64,000 nt of DNA from an uncultured Planctomycetaceae bacterium (GTDB lineage Bacteria > Planctomycetota > Planctomycetia > Planctomycetales > Planctomycetaceae), in NCBI GenBank assembly GCA_963813715.1, contig CAWFAK010000005.1:96001-160000 (forward strand), in the 5' to 3' direction. Numbering within the stretch: the stretch's first letter is position 1; every line of letters begins with the position of its first letter. Below the pieces are notes generated by a model. The model was not told the DNA's origin and ran no database searches. It worked only from the letters and a program-made list of their open reading frames with translations. The position numbers and the translations under genes were made by a program. This document shows, piece after piece, positions 46,402 through 58,609 of the stretch.

Positions 46402-49400
46402 TCAGGTCGCGGGACCCTTGGGGCCGTAGCCTTTGCGCCGTTTGCCTTCGGCCTGCCGTTGTGCGTCGGCGAGGGCGGCGGCCCGATCGGCGAACGCTTT
46501 CGTCACGCCCTGGCCGCGCGAGCCGATGCGACCGAAGCGCACCGTTTGCTCCGACCCGTTCACGGAGATTTCCCAGAACTTCGAGGAGCCGCCCCCCACG
46601 AATTCGAGATATTCTGTCCAGCGGTCGGTGGACTCCTCTGCCGGAGCCGCGGGCGGCTGCGGATGTGCTGTCGGGTCCAACCTCGGGGGGCGGATCGGGA
46701 GGCGGATTGTGGGTCGGACCAGGCAGCGGATCAGGCGGCACGAGTTCGCCCTCGTCGACCGGCTCGTCCAACTCTTCACCCGCCAGCAGTCGTTCGATTC
46801 GCGCCACCACACCGGCCCGATCTTGATACCAGTCGCGGGCCAGCACGACGTAAGTTCGCCAGCCGAACGCGGTGAGTAAGTCGGGCTTGAGCAGCTCGCG
46901 TTCGATCAAGTCCCGCTGGGCGTACCAGTCCGCCGTGTCGACCAGAATGCCCAGCCGATACCCGCGGTCGCCGGCTCGCGAAACGGCCAGGTCGCAGCGG
47001 AAGTGCGATTGGCCGACCGACCGATCGACGCGGTACCCACGTTCTTCTAGTGCGCTGGCCAGCTGGCCAACAACGGCGTCGTCGGTCGGCTCGCGCGCGT
47101 CGGTCGCCGTCCGCGCCTGCGAAAGCGTGGCCAGCAGCTGCGAGGCGATCTCGACGTCACCGATCGAGGCCGCTTCAGCATATCGCAAATAGTTCTTGAG
47201 GCAGTTGGCCCCTTCGTTGTAGTCGTTGGTGATGTCGGAGAAGCGGATCGAGCTGACCAGCGCCATCTGGCAGCGGGCCCGCGAAAAGGCGACGTTGAGC
47301 CGCTTGTGACCGCCCGACACGTTGATCGGGCCGAAGTTCATGCGCATCTTGCCGTCGCGGGTCGGGCCGTAGCAGACGCTGAGGATGATGATGTCCCGCT
47401 CGTCCCCCTGGATGTTCTCCAAGTTTTTGACGAGCAGGCCGACGAATTGCTCGTCTTCCTCCCGTTCCGTTTCCAGTTCCAGCCGGCGGGCGAACTCCGG
47501 ATCCTCGTCGGCCAGGCTGGCCAGTGCCGACTCGATCTCCGCTTGCTGGGCCTCCGAGAACGCGATGATGCCGATGCTGCGGCCTTCCTCGCGCTCCAGA
47601 ATCCGCCGCACGAGCCCGGCGATATAGGCGGCCTCCTCCGCGTTGCGGCGGTTTTCGTAAACGCCGTGCTCCAGGAAGTGGAAGCTCACGGCGCGCTCGA
47701 GTAGCTCGTCCGCGTTCTGGGTCGCGTCGTCCGGCGACTCGACGCGGAGCTCGCGGGCGCCGCGCGTCGAAAGCCGCGCGTCGGGGACGGTCAACAGGCG
47801 GCCGTCGTAGAAGGCATGGTTCGAGAAGCTGATCAACGATTCCGACTGGCTGCGGTAGTGCCAGGCCAGCATGCACGCGGGCAAGTTGCGGGCCGCCTGG
47901 TTGAGGAAGCTGTTGCTGTCGACATCGTAGGTCACCAGCTCGCCGTTCTCCTCGAACGTCAGCTCGTCCCCTTCGTCCGGGCGCTGGCTCACGAAGAAGT
48001 TCGTGGGAGGGAGCTGCATCTCGTCGCCGACGACGATCGCCTGCCGCGCGCGAAAGATCGACGGCACGGCCTCCTCCAGCGTGATCTGGCTCGCTTCGTC
48101 GAAGATCACCACGTCGAAGGTGTCGGCATTGAGCGGCAGCGTGTCGGACACGCTGAGCGGACTCATCAGCCAGACGGGCTTCAAATCGCGGATGACGGCC
48201 CCCGAGTCGCCCGACATCAGGTCGCGGATCGACTTGTAGCGCATGGTCTTGGCGAATTCGTGTTCCAGCTCGCGCCGGCCGCGGTTGTACGTCGGTTTGA
48301 ATGCCTTTTGTGGCACGCTGAGCTGCGCGGCTGGACTGGCGAACGTGTTGACGTGCTCGAGAAACGTCTGGCGAATGATCTCGCGGACGCGCTGGGCATT
48401 TTGTTTCTGCCAGTCGTCGCCCAGACGGCGGAGCCGCGCGAGCTGTCGGCGGCGCGCCGTTCCATCGAAGCGGCCGACGGCCCGGTCGCGCCAGGCGAGC
48501 TGCAGGCTGCGTTCGGCCGTCGCCGCCTCCAGCGCCGGCAGGCTGAGCGGAAAGCTGCGGATCGACTCGGCCAGTTTCGGCGGGAGCGCGCTCAGTTGCG
48601 TCAGGCAATGCAGGTAATCGGGCAGCTCGTCGAGCGAGTCTTCCATCTCGGTGAAAGCGTGTTCCAGCTCGGGCAGGCTCGCGTGCCGATACGCGTCGAG
48701 GAATTCGTCGCAATTGGCCACCAACCGACCCAACTCGTCGGAGAGCGCGGCCACGCCGAGAACCTGCGCGTCGCCACCGGGCGACGTCGTGACGTGCCGG
48801 TGCAGCGAGCGGACGGTCTCGGGCAAGCGATCGATTGTCTGCTCGAGCGACGACAGCTCGGCGGCCAGCTGGTCGAATTCCCCCTCCAAGCCGAAGGCGT
48901 GACAAGTCGCCCGGGCCAGTTCGTCGCGGCGGGCGACGGCCTGATGCTCTTCGCGCAGCTGGTCGAGGATGCGGACCCAGGAAGGGCGGACTTTGTGCTG
49001 CGAGAAGTCGTAGGCCCGATGGAGCACGCCGCGGAGCCGCCACCAGGCCGGCTGGAGGAAGGCAAACATCCGCCCGTCGAATTGGCGGGCTTGGGCGAGG
49101 GCCGTCTCGACGTCGTCGGGCGACAGTTTTTCCCGCCAGGCCTGCGTCGCCTCCCGCTTCTTGGCGATCTCCTGGTCGCCCTGTCGAATCTTTTTTGTCT
49201 CGGCTTGCCAGCGCTGGGCTGCCTCGCTCGAGGGATTCAGAATCGACATCGCCTGCGCGGGCGAGAAAGGCTGCCTGCCGCGCGTAGGCGACGGCCTGGC
49301 ACAAGTTGCCCCAGATCATCGAACGAGCCGCCCGGCAGCGCGAGCCGCTCCAGGTCGGCCTGCAATCGGCGGAGCTCGGCGCCGCTCTGTGTCAGGCAGC

Positions 49401-52034
49401 GGCTGACCAAGTCCAACGGACGCTCGGCTTCGACAACCTTGCCGCTCAAGAGGTGCAGCGGATGATGAGCCAGGATGCCGTCGGCCTGCACGTCGCCGAC
49501 GGTTTCGCCCAGCTCGGTCAGTTGCCCGCGGTGGCGGTGCCAGTCGGCGTAAAACGGGATTCGCTCCCACTCCAGCGGCGACAGGTCGGGCGCCTGGTCG
49601 GCCAGGCGGATTCGCCGATCGAGCGTCGCCCGCAGCGGCCACGCAGCACGTGTCGGGAGCGCTTCGCATGGCGGCATCGAACTGCTCGAGCGGCTGCAGC
49701 TCCTTCTCGAACTGGCCGACGAGACGCCCGCGGCGCGCCGCCGCCTCGTCGCGCTTTTTGTCGGCGGCGGCCAGGTGCGACTCGTACGTCGCCTTGAGAT
49801 CCATCACGAACTCTTTCTTGTCGGCCTGCGAGTCGTGAATCAGGCAGCAGAGTTCGTGCAGGCCGCGCTGCTTGAGCCGATGATAGACGACGTCGATCGC
49901 CGCCCGCTTCTCGCACACAAAGAGCACGCGTTTGCCGCGGACGACGAAGTCCGCAATCAGATTCGTGATCGTCTGCGATTTCCCGGTTCCCGGCGGCCCC
50001 TGGATGATGTAGCTCGCGCCGCTGCGAGCCAGGGCGATGGCGTGGGTCTGCGTCGGGTCGCAGGAGACAACGTGAAACCGCTCGGCCAGCGGCAGCGTTT
50101 CCGTCGTGGCCGGCCGCACCTCGCGCGGCGCGATGGCGAACGTCGCCTCGAACGCCGGATTCACCGACGTGTCGTCCGCCAACTCGCCGTAATCGCGAAC
50201 CAGCGACATGCGACGATATCGCAAGTTCGACAGTGTCACGGAGCAGAGATCGAACTCCCAGTTGTACGGGTTGTCGTCCGCCTGCTTGCGGACCTGGTAG
50301 AACTTGCGCTCGGCTTCGGCGACGGGCGGTCCGTCTGAGGCGGCCGCCGCTGGCTGGCTCTTCCGCGGCTGGGTCTTCCGCACGTCGACCGGCGGCGGAT
50401 CGGTTGTCTGCCCGTCCTGCGGCTCCGCCTCGTCCTTTAACTCGACCATATATTGAGGCGGCGGCGGACCCGTCGACACGATCTGCTCGAGACGCGTTTT
50501 GGCGGGGCGGACAAACTCTTTGAAGATCCGCACGCCCAGCGGATGGTAGTTCGACGAGTCGTAGCTGTAGTCGAGGTCCAGAAACGAGCGGATGCCGCGG
50601 CCGGACAGCCGGGCGTGCCGGCGAAACTGGTCGAGCCGCCGCCGGGCCTTCTCGTGGATCAAATCAATCCGCGGCCGGTCGACCTTCGTCAGCGTCACCG
50701 ACGGATCGCCCGCCTGAATCTGCGCGTTGAGGTCGGCGTGAAACGCGGCGATGCCCTCGGGCGTGGGGTCGATCGAAACGGGCAGATCGATGTCGTACCA
50801 CTGCTTGAAGAGGTGCCGCACCACCGGGTTCACTTCGGCCTGCGTTTCAAGAGCGGTGAGCAAGTAGCGATCGTGAATCCCCTTTTTCACCGCGAGCCTC
50901 ACCGGCAGCATCAACAGCGGCGACTCGTAGCGGCCGGGGGGCTTGTCCTTGAGATTGGCCCACCGCAGGAAACAAATCACCAACCGCAATTGGGCGAAGC
51001 CGTATTCGCGCTCGTCGCGGGCGGCCTCGGCCCGGATGCGGTCGAGCGTGCCCGGCAGGTACACGGCCTCGCGAAAGTTCAGATACTTGTTGAGCGAGAC
51101 GGCCTGGCCGCTGAGGACATCGCGGCAGAAGCGACCGTTCCAGGTGACCAGCTGATCCTCGCGGACATTGCGGTAGTCGAACATCAGCGGGATCGAGGCG
51201 TGCGTCAGGTTGACCGACTGCATCGTCGACTGGAACTCGAGCAGCCGATTGCGGCGCGAGACCTCGAACAGCCGCTCCCGCAACTTGTCGAGAATGATCC
51301 GTCGCTTGGCGGGCGGCGCCGCGCCGCCAAAACCGCGATTGCTGGCGAGATCCGTCTCAAAGTCGACTTCCTGATCGCGATAGTTCTCGAGCGCGTGCAG
51401 CACGCTCCGCAGATCCTGCGGCCGCTGGTGGCGATCGAGTTCGGTCATCGCCCGGATGACCTTCGCCAGCACGGGATGCAGTCCGGGCGTCAATTCGAAC
51501 AGGTTGCCGCGACGAGCGACGAACCGCTCGGTGGTCCGTCGGGATCGGTGAGGTCCAGGCTGCAGGCCAGGCTGGCCAGAATCAGCCCCAAGCTGAAGAC
51601 GTCGGTGAGCGGGTCGTGATGCCCCAGCCGATGTTCCCAGCAGACGTAGCCACGGAGATAGGCGGGTCGCTCGAGTTCGGCGCCGGGCTCGCCGGCCGCC
51701 TTCGATTGGACTTCGTCGACCCCCGTGTCGAGCTGGCGGACGACGGTCGCCCGGTTGACGACCTCGACCCCCTTGGCCTCCGGCTTGAGCAGGCGGCGGA
51801 CGCGCGACAGCTTGCTCTGAGGCGGACAGCGATCCTGCTCAGCCGAAGCCGATCCGCCCGCCATCGACCTGGAGCGCGCTCAGCCCCTCGAGCGGCGCAC
51901 ATCCCAGCCTCGTGCGCAGCGATCACCTGACGTACAAGCGGCAGAAACGCCGCCAGCGCGTCTTCGGTTGTGAAGCCGCCGTGTTCGATGCGCTCGTGGA
52001 GAAATTCGTGAAACGACGTCAGTCGGCTGGACAT
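46402..52034 (-). CDS. Large multidomain SF1 (Upf1/DNA2-like) helicase: kinase-like C-lobe, DUF4011, helicase, Vsr/REase-like and WGR domains; about 7 frameshifts
   Basis: TDVFSLGLIL; LFEVSRRNRLLEF, FLRW, SPLLMLPVRL, EVNP; GPPGTGKSQT, DEASQ, GDEMQLPP, HYRS, ENIQGDERD, RLNVAFSRAR; VGQSHFRCDLAV, LGILVD; SSKFWEI, FGRIGSRGQ, KRRKGY. Confidence 0.85.
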
Positions 52035-53271
52035 CGTCCGGATGTCGTTCGGCCTCGGCCACGATCGTGGCGGCGTTTTTGCGAACGGCTTCAAATTGTC
52101 GTTTGGTCATTCGCAGTTCCTTCCCCGCGATGGCGACCAGGCGATCCTCAATTTCGAGCCGGCGCGCCAGCAAGAGGGCGGCGGCGAACGGGGCCTCTTC
52201 CAGGTCGGCATCCGACGTGGCGAAATCCAGCAGCACGTAGCAGAAGTAATCCCGCAGCGGCTCGTCGCCGGCGGCGATGGCCTGCGTCAGCTCGTCGAGA
52301 TTTCCGTCGCGGCATTCGGTCGCATCGAAGTCTTCAAAAAACTGTTTGGCGTGGGCCAGGATCGTGTCTGTCTGGATCCAGGCGGGCGCGAGAAAGTGCT
52401 CGAGCAGCGCCCGCGTCGACTGGGCGACTCGCTTTTGCCGCAACAGGTCGAGCGTGCCGATGGCCAGCGGCCCTTCGATGAGCGTTTCCAGCGCCGCATC
52501 GACGCTCTTGGGATCGAGCGACCAGAGCTGCAGAGCCCGCGCGCGAATGAACATTTCCGGATGCGTGACGCCTTCGCTCTTGGTCGCCCCGCGCCGCAGC
52601 ACCTCTTCGGCCTGCTTGAGGTAGGCGTCGGCACTCGCCTGCCGCAGGCCAGTTTCCATTTTCACCTGCATCGACACGCAGGCCGCCAGATCGCCGGTCA
52701 TCGCCAGCGTCAGGCGGTCGCAGAACAGCTCGGTGTAGAGCTTGAAGTGCTTCCACGTCCGCTCGTGCGCGGCCGATGCGGCCCGGTCGCCCAGCATGGC
52801 CGCCAACACCTGTTCGACGATCAGATACGCGCCGTCCTCGATCGAGAACAACCAATGGTGCGCGATCTCGTGCCCGAACAGCGCGATCAACTCCGCTTCG
52901 GTCAGCGTCTCCTGCACGGGGCCGTGCAGCACGACGTGCACTTCGCCCGGCAGCCACGCCAGCGACGCATTGAGCCCCTTGGCGTTTTGCGCCTGGTAGA
53001 GCGTGATGGACGTATCGTGGCCGAGGCGGTCGGCCGCCGCCTTCGCCGCCCGGTACAAGTCAGCCGAGGTGGCCGGCTCGAGCCGATAGGTCGACTTGAG
53101 CAGTTCGTGTCGCACGGCCTCGGCGTACTCGGTCCGCACTTTCTGCGAGGCGATCCAATTCCAGATTTCCTGCTCGTCCGTGCGAAGAAATTCGAGCAAC
53201 TCGCGGTGATAGCGCGTCGGTTCGACGACCGGGCGACCCGCGTCTACCGAGGTCGTGAGGGAGGTCGACAT
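52020..53271 (-). CDS. M48-like zinc metallopeptidase; 3' end uncertain, overlaps the helicase start
   Basis: LYQAQ...LNA, LTEAELIALFGHEIAH (HExxH), downstream ELFCDR and THP motif. Confidence 0.8.
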
Positions 53272-53465
53272 CGTGATCCGCACGAGTTGAGAGGGATTGC
53301 GACCAGGCACGCGCGAGCGATCGAAACAGCCGGCGCAAGAGCGCCTGCATCGCCCCGTCATCTTGTCCGACGATATTGCCCCAGAATGACGGGATTCGGC
53401 GGAAAACGCCAGTTCTTGTGCGCAGGCGTGCGGCGAACGATCAGCCGCCGCCCAATCGCGATGCT

Positions 53466-55137
53466 TCAGTGCCCGGTCGCCGCTTCCGACTCCGGCGTCG
53501 GCGGGCGTCGCCCCACCCACCAGCCAAAACTCACAAACACTGCGGCGAACAACAGGTATCCGACGGCGATGCCGAACGTGTGGGCCGCGAATGCTCCTGG
53601 CGCCGGCTCGGCGAAGATGAAGAGGAAGTCGACCACGTTCCCCTTCAACTGGTAGGCGTGTGTCAGCCCCAGCGCGGCAAAGGCGGCAGCGATCAGCGAC
53701 CAGAGTGCGGCCGCGTAGAACTTGCGATCGATGAGGAAGGCGGCAATCGCGGCCAGGATCATGCAGGTGAAGATGTAGCCCCGCTCCATCACCAACAGGC
53801 CGTGCAGCAAAAAGCCGTTCACGTCAAAGTTGTGATTGGCGGTGAGCGCGGCTTGCATCGTCAGTGTGGCGCCCGCCAGCCCCACCATAATAAACGCCCC
53901 TTGCACGACGGTCAGACCCCACGCGGCGATCGCCGGAAACAGGCCCACGGCCACGGCCGGTGCGTGGTCGCGCGGCGTCGTTTGAAACGCCTGGGCCGTG
54001 ATGATCACGCCGATCCAGAGCACGATCGGCATCCCCGCCTCGATGGGGATCACGCTGCGAATCAGGCTCACGGTTCCGGTGAGGCAGATCAGCGTGATCA
54101 CCAGCCCGTTCAAGGTCGAGTAGCCGGCCCGCGCGCCGAGCGCCTTCCAGCCGGGATGCCCGATATAAATCGTCGTGGGAAAGCAGCTGCCAAACAGCGA
54201 CGCCGCGATCGTGGCGATACCGTTCACCGAGAGCGAAGCGGCCGTGGGAAAGCGATCGCCCGCCGCCTCGGCCGACTCGATGTTCTGCAGGCTGCCCAAC
54301 ACGTTGAACAGGCCCATCGGAATGATCACCGACAAAAATCCCAACCACTCGTGCGGGTTGTTGGCGATCTCTTTGAGGAAGTTCCACAGCGGCACGCCGG
54401 CGAAGTGCGGATAGTGCAGACCCGCGCTCGGCCCAGGCGGAGCTGACGGCGCTCGCGCTCATCGCCGGTCCGGCCAGCGACTCCGGCAGCACGCGGGGCA
54501 GCAGCCAGGCGCAGAGCGTGCCGCTGGCAATGGCGACCAGCCCGCCCGGCAGCCCCAGCGGAAAACCGACCCGCGAAAAATACGTGATCAGGATCAGCGC
54601 CAGCGGAAGCATGCCGACGAGCGGCCGCTGAAAGATTTCCAGCGTGAACTTCATCGCGATAAAGCCGATGGCGATGCCCGCCAACGTCGAGAGCAGGGCG
54701 GCCCGCGGCGTGCGGCGACGGATCGGCTCCGCGACGAACGCACCGAAGAACTCGATCAGGCCGCTCCCCAGGCAGGCCACCATTCCCGCCAGCCACGCCG
54801 TCTCCCCGCTGTTGGTCCGTTCAAAGACGGGCTTCATCACGAAGTAGATGTAGATCAACAGCGACGGCGTGTTGATGCCGAAGGGGAGCGCGGTGACATC
54901 GCTGCGGCCGGTGGCCCGGGCGACGAAATGGGCCTGCACGGCGTAGTAGACGTTGCCGATCAGAATGCTGATCGCCGCTCCCGGCAGGATGTACGAGAGC
55001 ATCAGCGACGAACCGCCGCCGATGCCGCAGTCTGCGCACAGTTGCACGATCAGCAGCAACTGCACGAGGTTGTCGACAAACAGGCCGAAAAACCCGTCGA
55101 GATCCCGTTTGACAAAGACCGGGTAGCGTGCCGGCAT
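53466..55137 (-). CDS. NCS2/AzgA-like nucleobase permease; frameshift near 54420
   Basis: [47 protein letters not shown] and many TM segments. Confidence 0.85.
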
Positions 55138-55328
55138 GATGCGGGCAGACTACTGTGCGGCTCGGCAGCCAGTCAAGAACCGATGCGGCGGCCCCCAGAA
55201 CCGCCGTAGTGGAGTGCTTTGAAATCCGCGGCGGGCGGCCGCTAAGATCAAAATTCTAGCATTGGATCGATTCGCCCTCGATGCCCGGGGAGTTTGCGCC
55301 GGAGATTCTCCGGGCAGGAATTGTTTGC

Positions 55329-56666
55329 GTGAGTGCCTCGACAACTTCGACTGCCTCCCTGGCGGCCCGCAACGTGCGGTCGCCGCGACGCGGGCCAACC
55401 GGCAAAAGGCTCTGGTTCTATCGGCTGGCGCTCCTCATCGTACTGCTGCCCCTGCTGGAGCTGATCTCGTGGGTTGGGCTCCGCGTCGCCGACCCGCAAG
55501 TTTCCCTCGCCGACCTGCACGACGATCAGGAGCAGTTGGCCCGCGCGTCCGTGGCGCTGGATCGGCCCGAGGTCGTCCATCCCTACATGGGTTGGGTCCT
55601 CAATCCGCAGACTCACTCCCAGGCCGAGGTCGGCGATCACCTGGAGCCGATCAACGAGATGGGCTTTGCCGACCTGGGGCCCACGCTGCGGAAGCGGGCG
55701 CCGGGCCACTTTCTGTTGGGCATCATCGGCGGCTCGGTCGCGCAGCAGTTCAGCTTCCGCGGGGCCGACGCGCTCATCCGCCGGCTCAAGCAGAGCGAGC
55801 GGTTTCAAGGCGTGACGATCGACATCGTGCGGCTGTCGTTCGCCGGCTTCAAAGAGCCGCAGCAGCTGATGACGCTGAACTATGTCCTCGCGCTCGGCGG
55901 CCAGCTCGATGGGCTGATCAACATCGACGGCTTCAACGAAGTCGCCTTGCCGACGTGCGAGAACCAGGACGATATCTTTGCCGCTTACCCCCGACTCTGG
56001 AACACGCTGACGATCAACCTGGTCGATCCACGGCACAGCGCGGAGGCGTATCGGTTGCTGGAGCTGCGGGCGCTGCGGCAGGAAGCGGCCCGCGCCATGC
56101 TCGATTCCCCGCTCCGCTGGTCGCCGACGCGGAACCTGCTCTGGAAAATTCGCGACAGCTACTTGGCCAAGAAACTCCTCGTACTGGCCAACGTCGTCTT
56201 CACCAAGGAACGGGAGGCGGGCCGCGCCTTTGCCATCGCCGGGCCCCCGCAGCTTTATCACAGCGAGAAGGAGCGGTATCCCCAACTTGCCGAGCTGTGG
56301 GCCAACGGCTCGCGGCAGCTCGATTATCTGTGCCGCGCCAATCACATCGCCTACGTGCACGTGTTGCAGCCCAATCAATACGTGCCCAACTCGAAGTCCC
56401 TCGGCCCGCTCGAAATGAGCGTCGCCTATCACGATGACAACTGCTATGCGAGCGGCGTGAAGGGCGGCTATCCCGAGCTGTTGCGCGCCGGAGAAAAGTT
56501 GCGGGCCGACGGCGTCGACTTTCACGACCTGACGCGGCTCTTCGCCGCCTTTGCCGATCCGATCTACGTCGACGCGTGCTGCCACTACAACCAGAAGGGG
56601 AACGACCTCTTGGCCGAGGCCGTGGCGGAAGCCCTGTTGGCGAACCTCGAGCATGCGTCGCACTGA
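55329..56666 (+). CDS. Membrane-anchored SGNH/GDSL-hydrolase-like protein
   Basis: N-terminal TM, HPYMGW, IIGGSVA, IDGFNE, LQP and DACCHYNQKGN. Confidence 0.65.
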   Translation: MSASTTSTASLAARNVRSPRRGPTGKRLWFYRLALLIVLLPLLELISWVGLRVADPQVSLADLHDDQEQLARASVALDRPEVVHPYMGWVLNPQTHSQAEVGDHLEPINEMGFADLGPTLRKRAPGHFLLGIIGGSVAQQFSFRGADALIRRLKQSERFQGVTIDIVRLSFAGFKEPQQLMTLNYVLALGGQLDGLINIDGFNEVALPTCENQDDIFAAYPRLWNTLTINLVDPRHSAEAYRLLELRALRQEAARAMLDSPLRWSPTRNLLWKIRDSYLAKKLLVLANVVFTKEREAGRAFAIAGPPQLYHSEKERYPQLAELWANGSRQLDYLCRANHIAYVHVLQPNQYVPNSKSLGPLEMSVAYHDDNCYASGVKGGYPELLRAGEKLRADGVDFHDLTRLFAAFADPIYVDACCHYNQKGNDLLAEAVAEALLANLEHASH

Positions 56667-56697
56667 CGGTCGATCGAGTCCGGCACCGACCGGCCGG

Positions 56698-58402
56698 TCA
56701 GATGTAGCCCAGGTCGTGCAGCGTCGCCATCGTCCCCACCGCAATGAAAAACGTGCCAAAGCAGACCATCGCGATGCGGATCACCCAACTGGGCCGCAGC
56801 TCCTTGGGCAACAGCAGCGAGTTGACGACCACCGTGTGGAAGCAACTGAAGCCGAAGGCGAAGTTGTAGACCATGCCGGCCAAGAGCAAGAGTCGCGTCG
56901 GTTCGTTGAACGAGAGCATGACCAGGCTGAACGCCGACAACACGGCCAGCGTGCCGAAATAGACGTAGCGGATTGATCCCGGGTCCATGGCCCGCAGCGT
57001 TTTGCTCGACGTCCAGAAGACGTCGACCCAGCGGCGGACGACGCCGTCGGCCGCCGTTGCCATCGTTGGGGCGAGCACCAGGAATCCGCAGAAGAGCGTC
57101 ATGTACCAGACGAAGTGGCCCCAGGCGGGGCTGCCCATCGACGTCGCCACCCGGTCGCGGACGGCGCCGGCCGTAAAGCCGGCAGCCACCCAGCCGCTCG
57201 ACATCACCTGGCCCCGCTTGAGAAACTCGACCGACAGCATGCTGGGCAGCGCGAGGCCGAAGAAGCAGGCCGGCATCCAAACGGCCGTCTGGTCGCGGAC
57301 GACGTGCCGATACCAGCGCTTCCAGCGGGGCAACGACTCGTCGTCGACCAGGAACACCGTGCCCACGTGCGAGAGCTGGATATTCTGCCCGCCGAACACG
57401 CTGGGAATCGCGCCGACGTGGGCCCCCATGCCCCAGCCCTGGTCGCGCGTGTAGTTGCTGATCGGCGTGTTGGACAGGCCTCCGTTGCCCGAGATGGCCA
57501 CGAGGGCCGAAAGAAAGGCGATCATCGCCCAATCGACGTGCGGCAGCTTGCCGGTCTCCCAGAGTGAGACGAACGCGTTTCGCGTTTCGGCGCCGGGCGG
57601 GATGGCGTCGCTTTCCTTGTCATTTGCCGCGACGGGAGCTTTGTCGCCTGGCGGCTCTTCGACCGAGTGGATCGGCACGCTGCCGAACTTGAAAAAGCCG
57701 CTGGAGATTTCGGCCCACGTCTTCCAGTGCGATTGAAAGATCGCCAGCACGATCAGAAAGCCCATCACCGACGATGATCTTGAACGTCATGATGGCCTTG
57801 AGCGCGTTGTAGATCTTGCCGCCGAAAATCAGCGGCAAGAGCGAGGCCAGAAAGATGGCGTACGCCAGCCCCCGGATCATCTGCCTGTGCGTGAAGACCG
57901 AGGTGAATCCGAGCAAGTGCAGCGTGGCCGAGCCGTGGTCCGCATCGGGAATTCTGCCCAGAATGACGGCCGCGAGCGGCGTGGCCGCGTTGGCGGCCAG
58001 GTACGGGAAGACCGAGCCAAAATCGAGCAGCAGGTACACGATCACCCAGAACTGCGGCCCGGGCAGCGTGCGAAACTTGCCCGTGAAAATCGGCTCGCCC
58101 GAGTACAGCGTGTAGCGGGAGATCTCGATGTTATAGATGACCTGCCCGACGATGCTCAGCGTGGCCAGCCACAAGAGGCTGCCGCCGAACCGCGCGGTAA
58201 CGGCCGGCCCCATCAGCCATTCGCCGCCGCCGATCGCCGCGCCGCCGGCCAGGAGCCCCGGTCCGAGCATCGAGAACCAATTTCGCGAGGTGAAGTGCGG
58301 AGCGTCGGGGAGTTTGCCGACGTTCCAACGCGGCATCTCTCGCGAGCCGGGGTACGGAGCGACGGCCGATTCCGGCGAGGCGGATTGAGGGGGGCGGTCC
58401 AT
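56698..58402 (-). CDS. Nramp/APC-superfamily transporter-like membrane protein; frameshift near 57770
   Basis: LGPGLLAGGAAIGGGEW, NIEISRYTLYSGE and more than 10 TM segments. Confidence 0.75.
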
Positions 58403-58609
58403 GCTGTGTGTCCGCGCGGTAGGAGGGCGAAACGGCCCGCGGGGTGGGTCGAGCGCGCAAAGCGACTTTCTTCCGTTTTGACATGCGTGGCTCGGAACGT
58501 CAAACGCAACGCCCGGCGACCCGCATTCTCAGGCCCTCCGGCACCGTCTACAATTGGCGGTTTGGCCGTCAACGGTCGCTGTGCCGAGCGGAAAGAAATC
58601 GACCTACGA

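Noticed and set aside
40671..53271. Treating the synthase and the peptidase-helicase pair as one operon
   Set aside because: They are co-directional but separated by about 570 bp of non-coding DNA, with no functional link visible.
47175..53655. Alternative long ORFs 47175..49319, 47816..49465, 50453..51619 and 52042..53655
   Set aside because: Off-frame or antisense shadows of the helicase and peptidase genes. Only a few codons of 47175..49319 belong to the stitched helicase.
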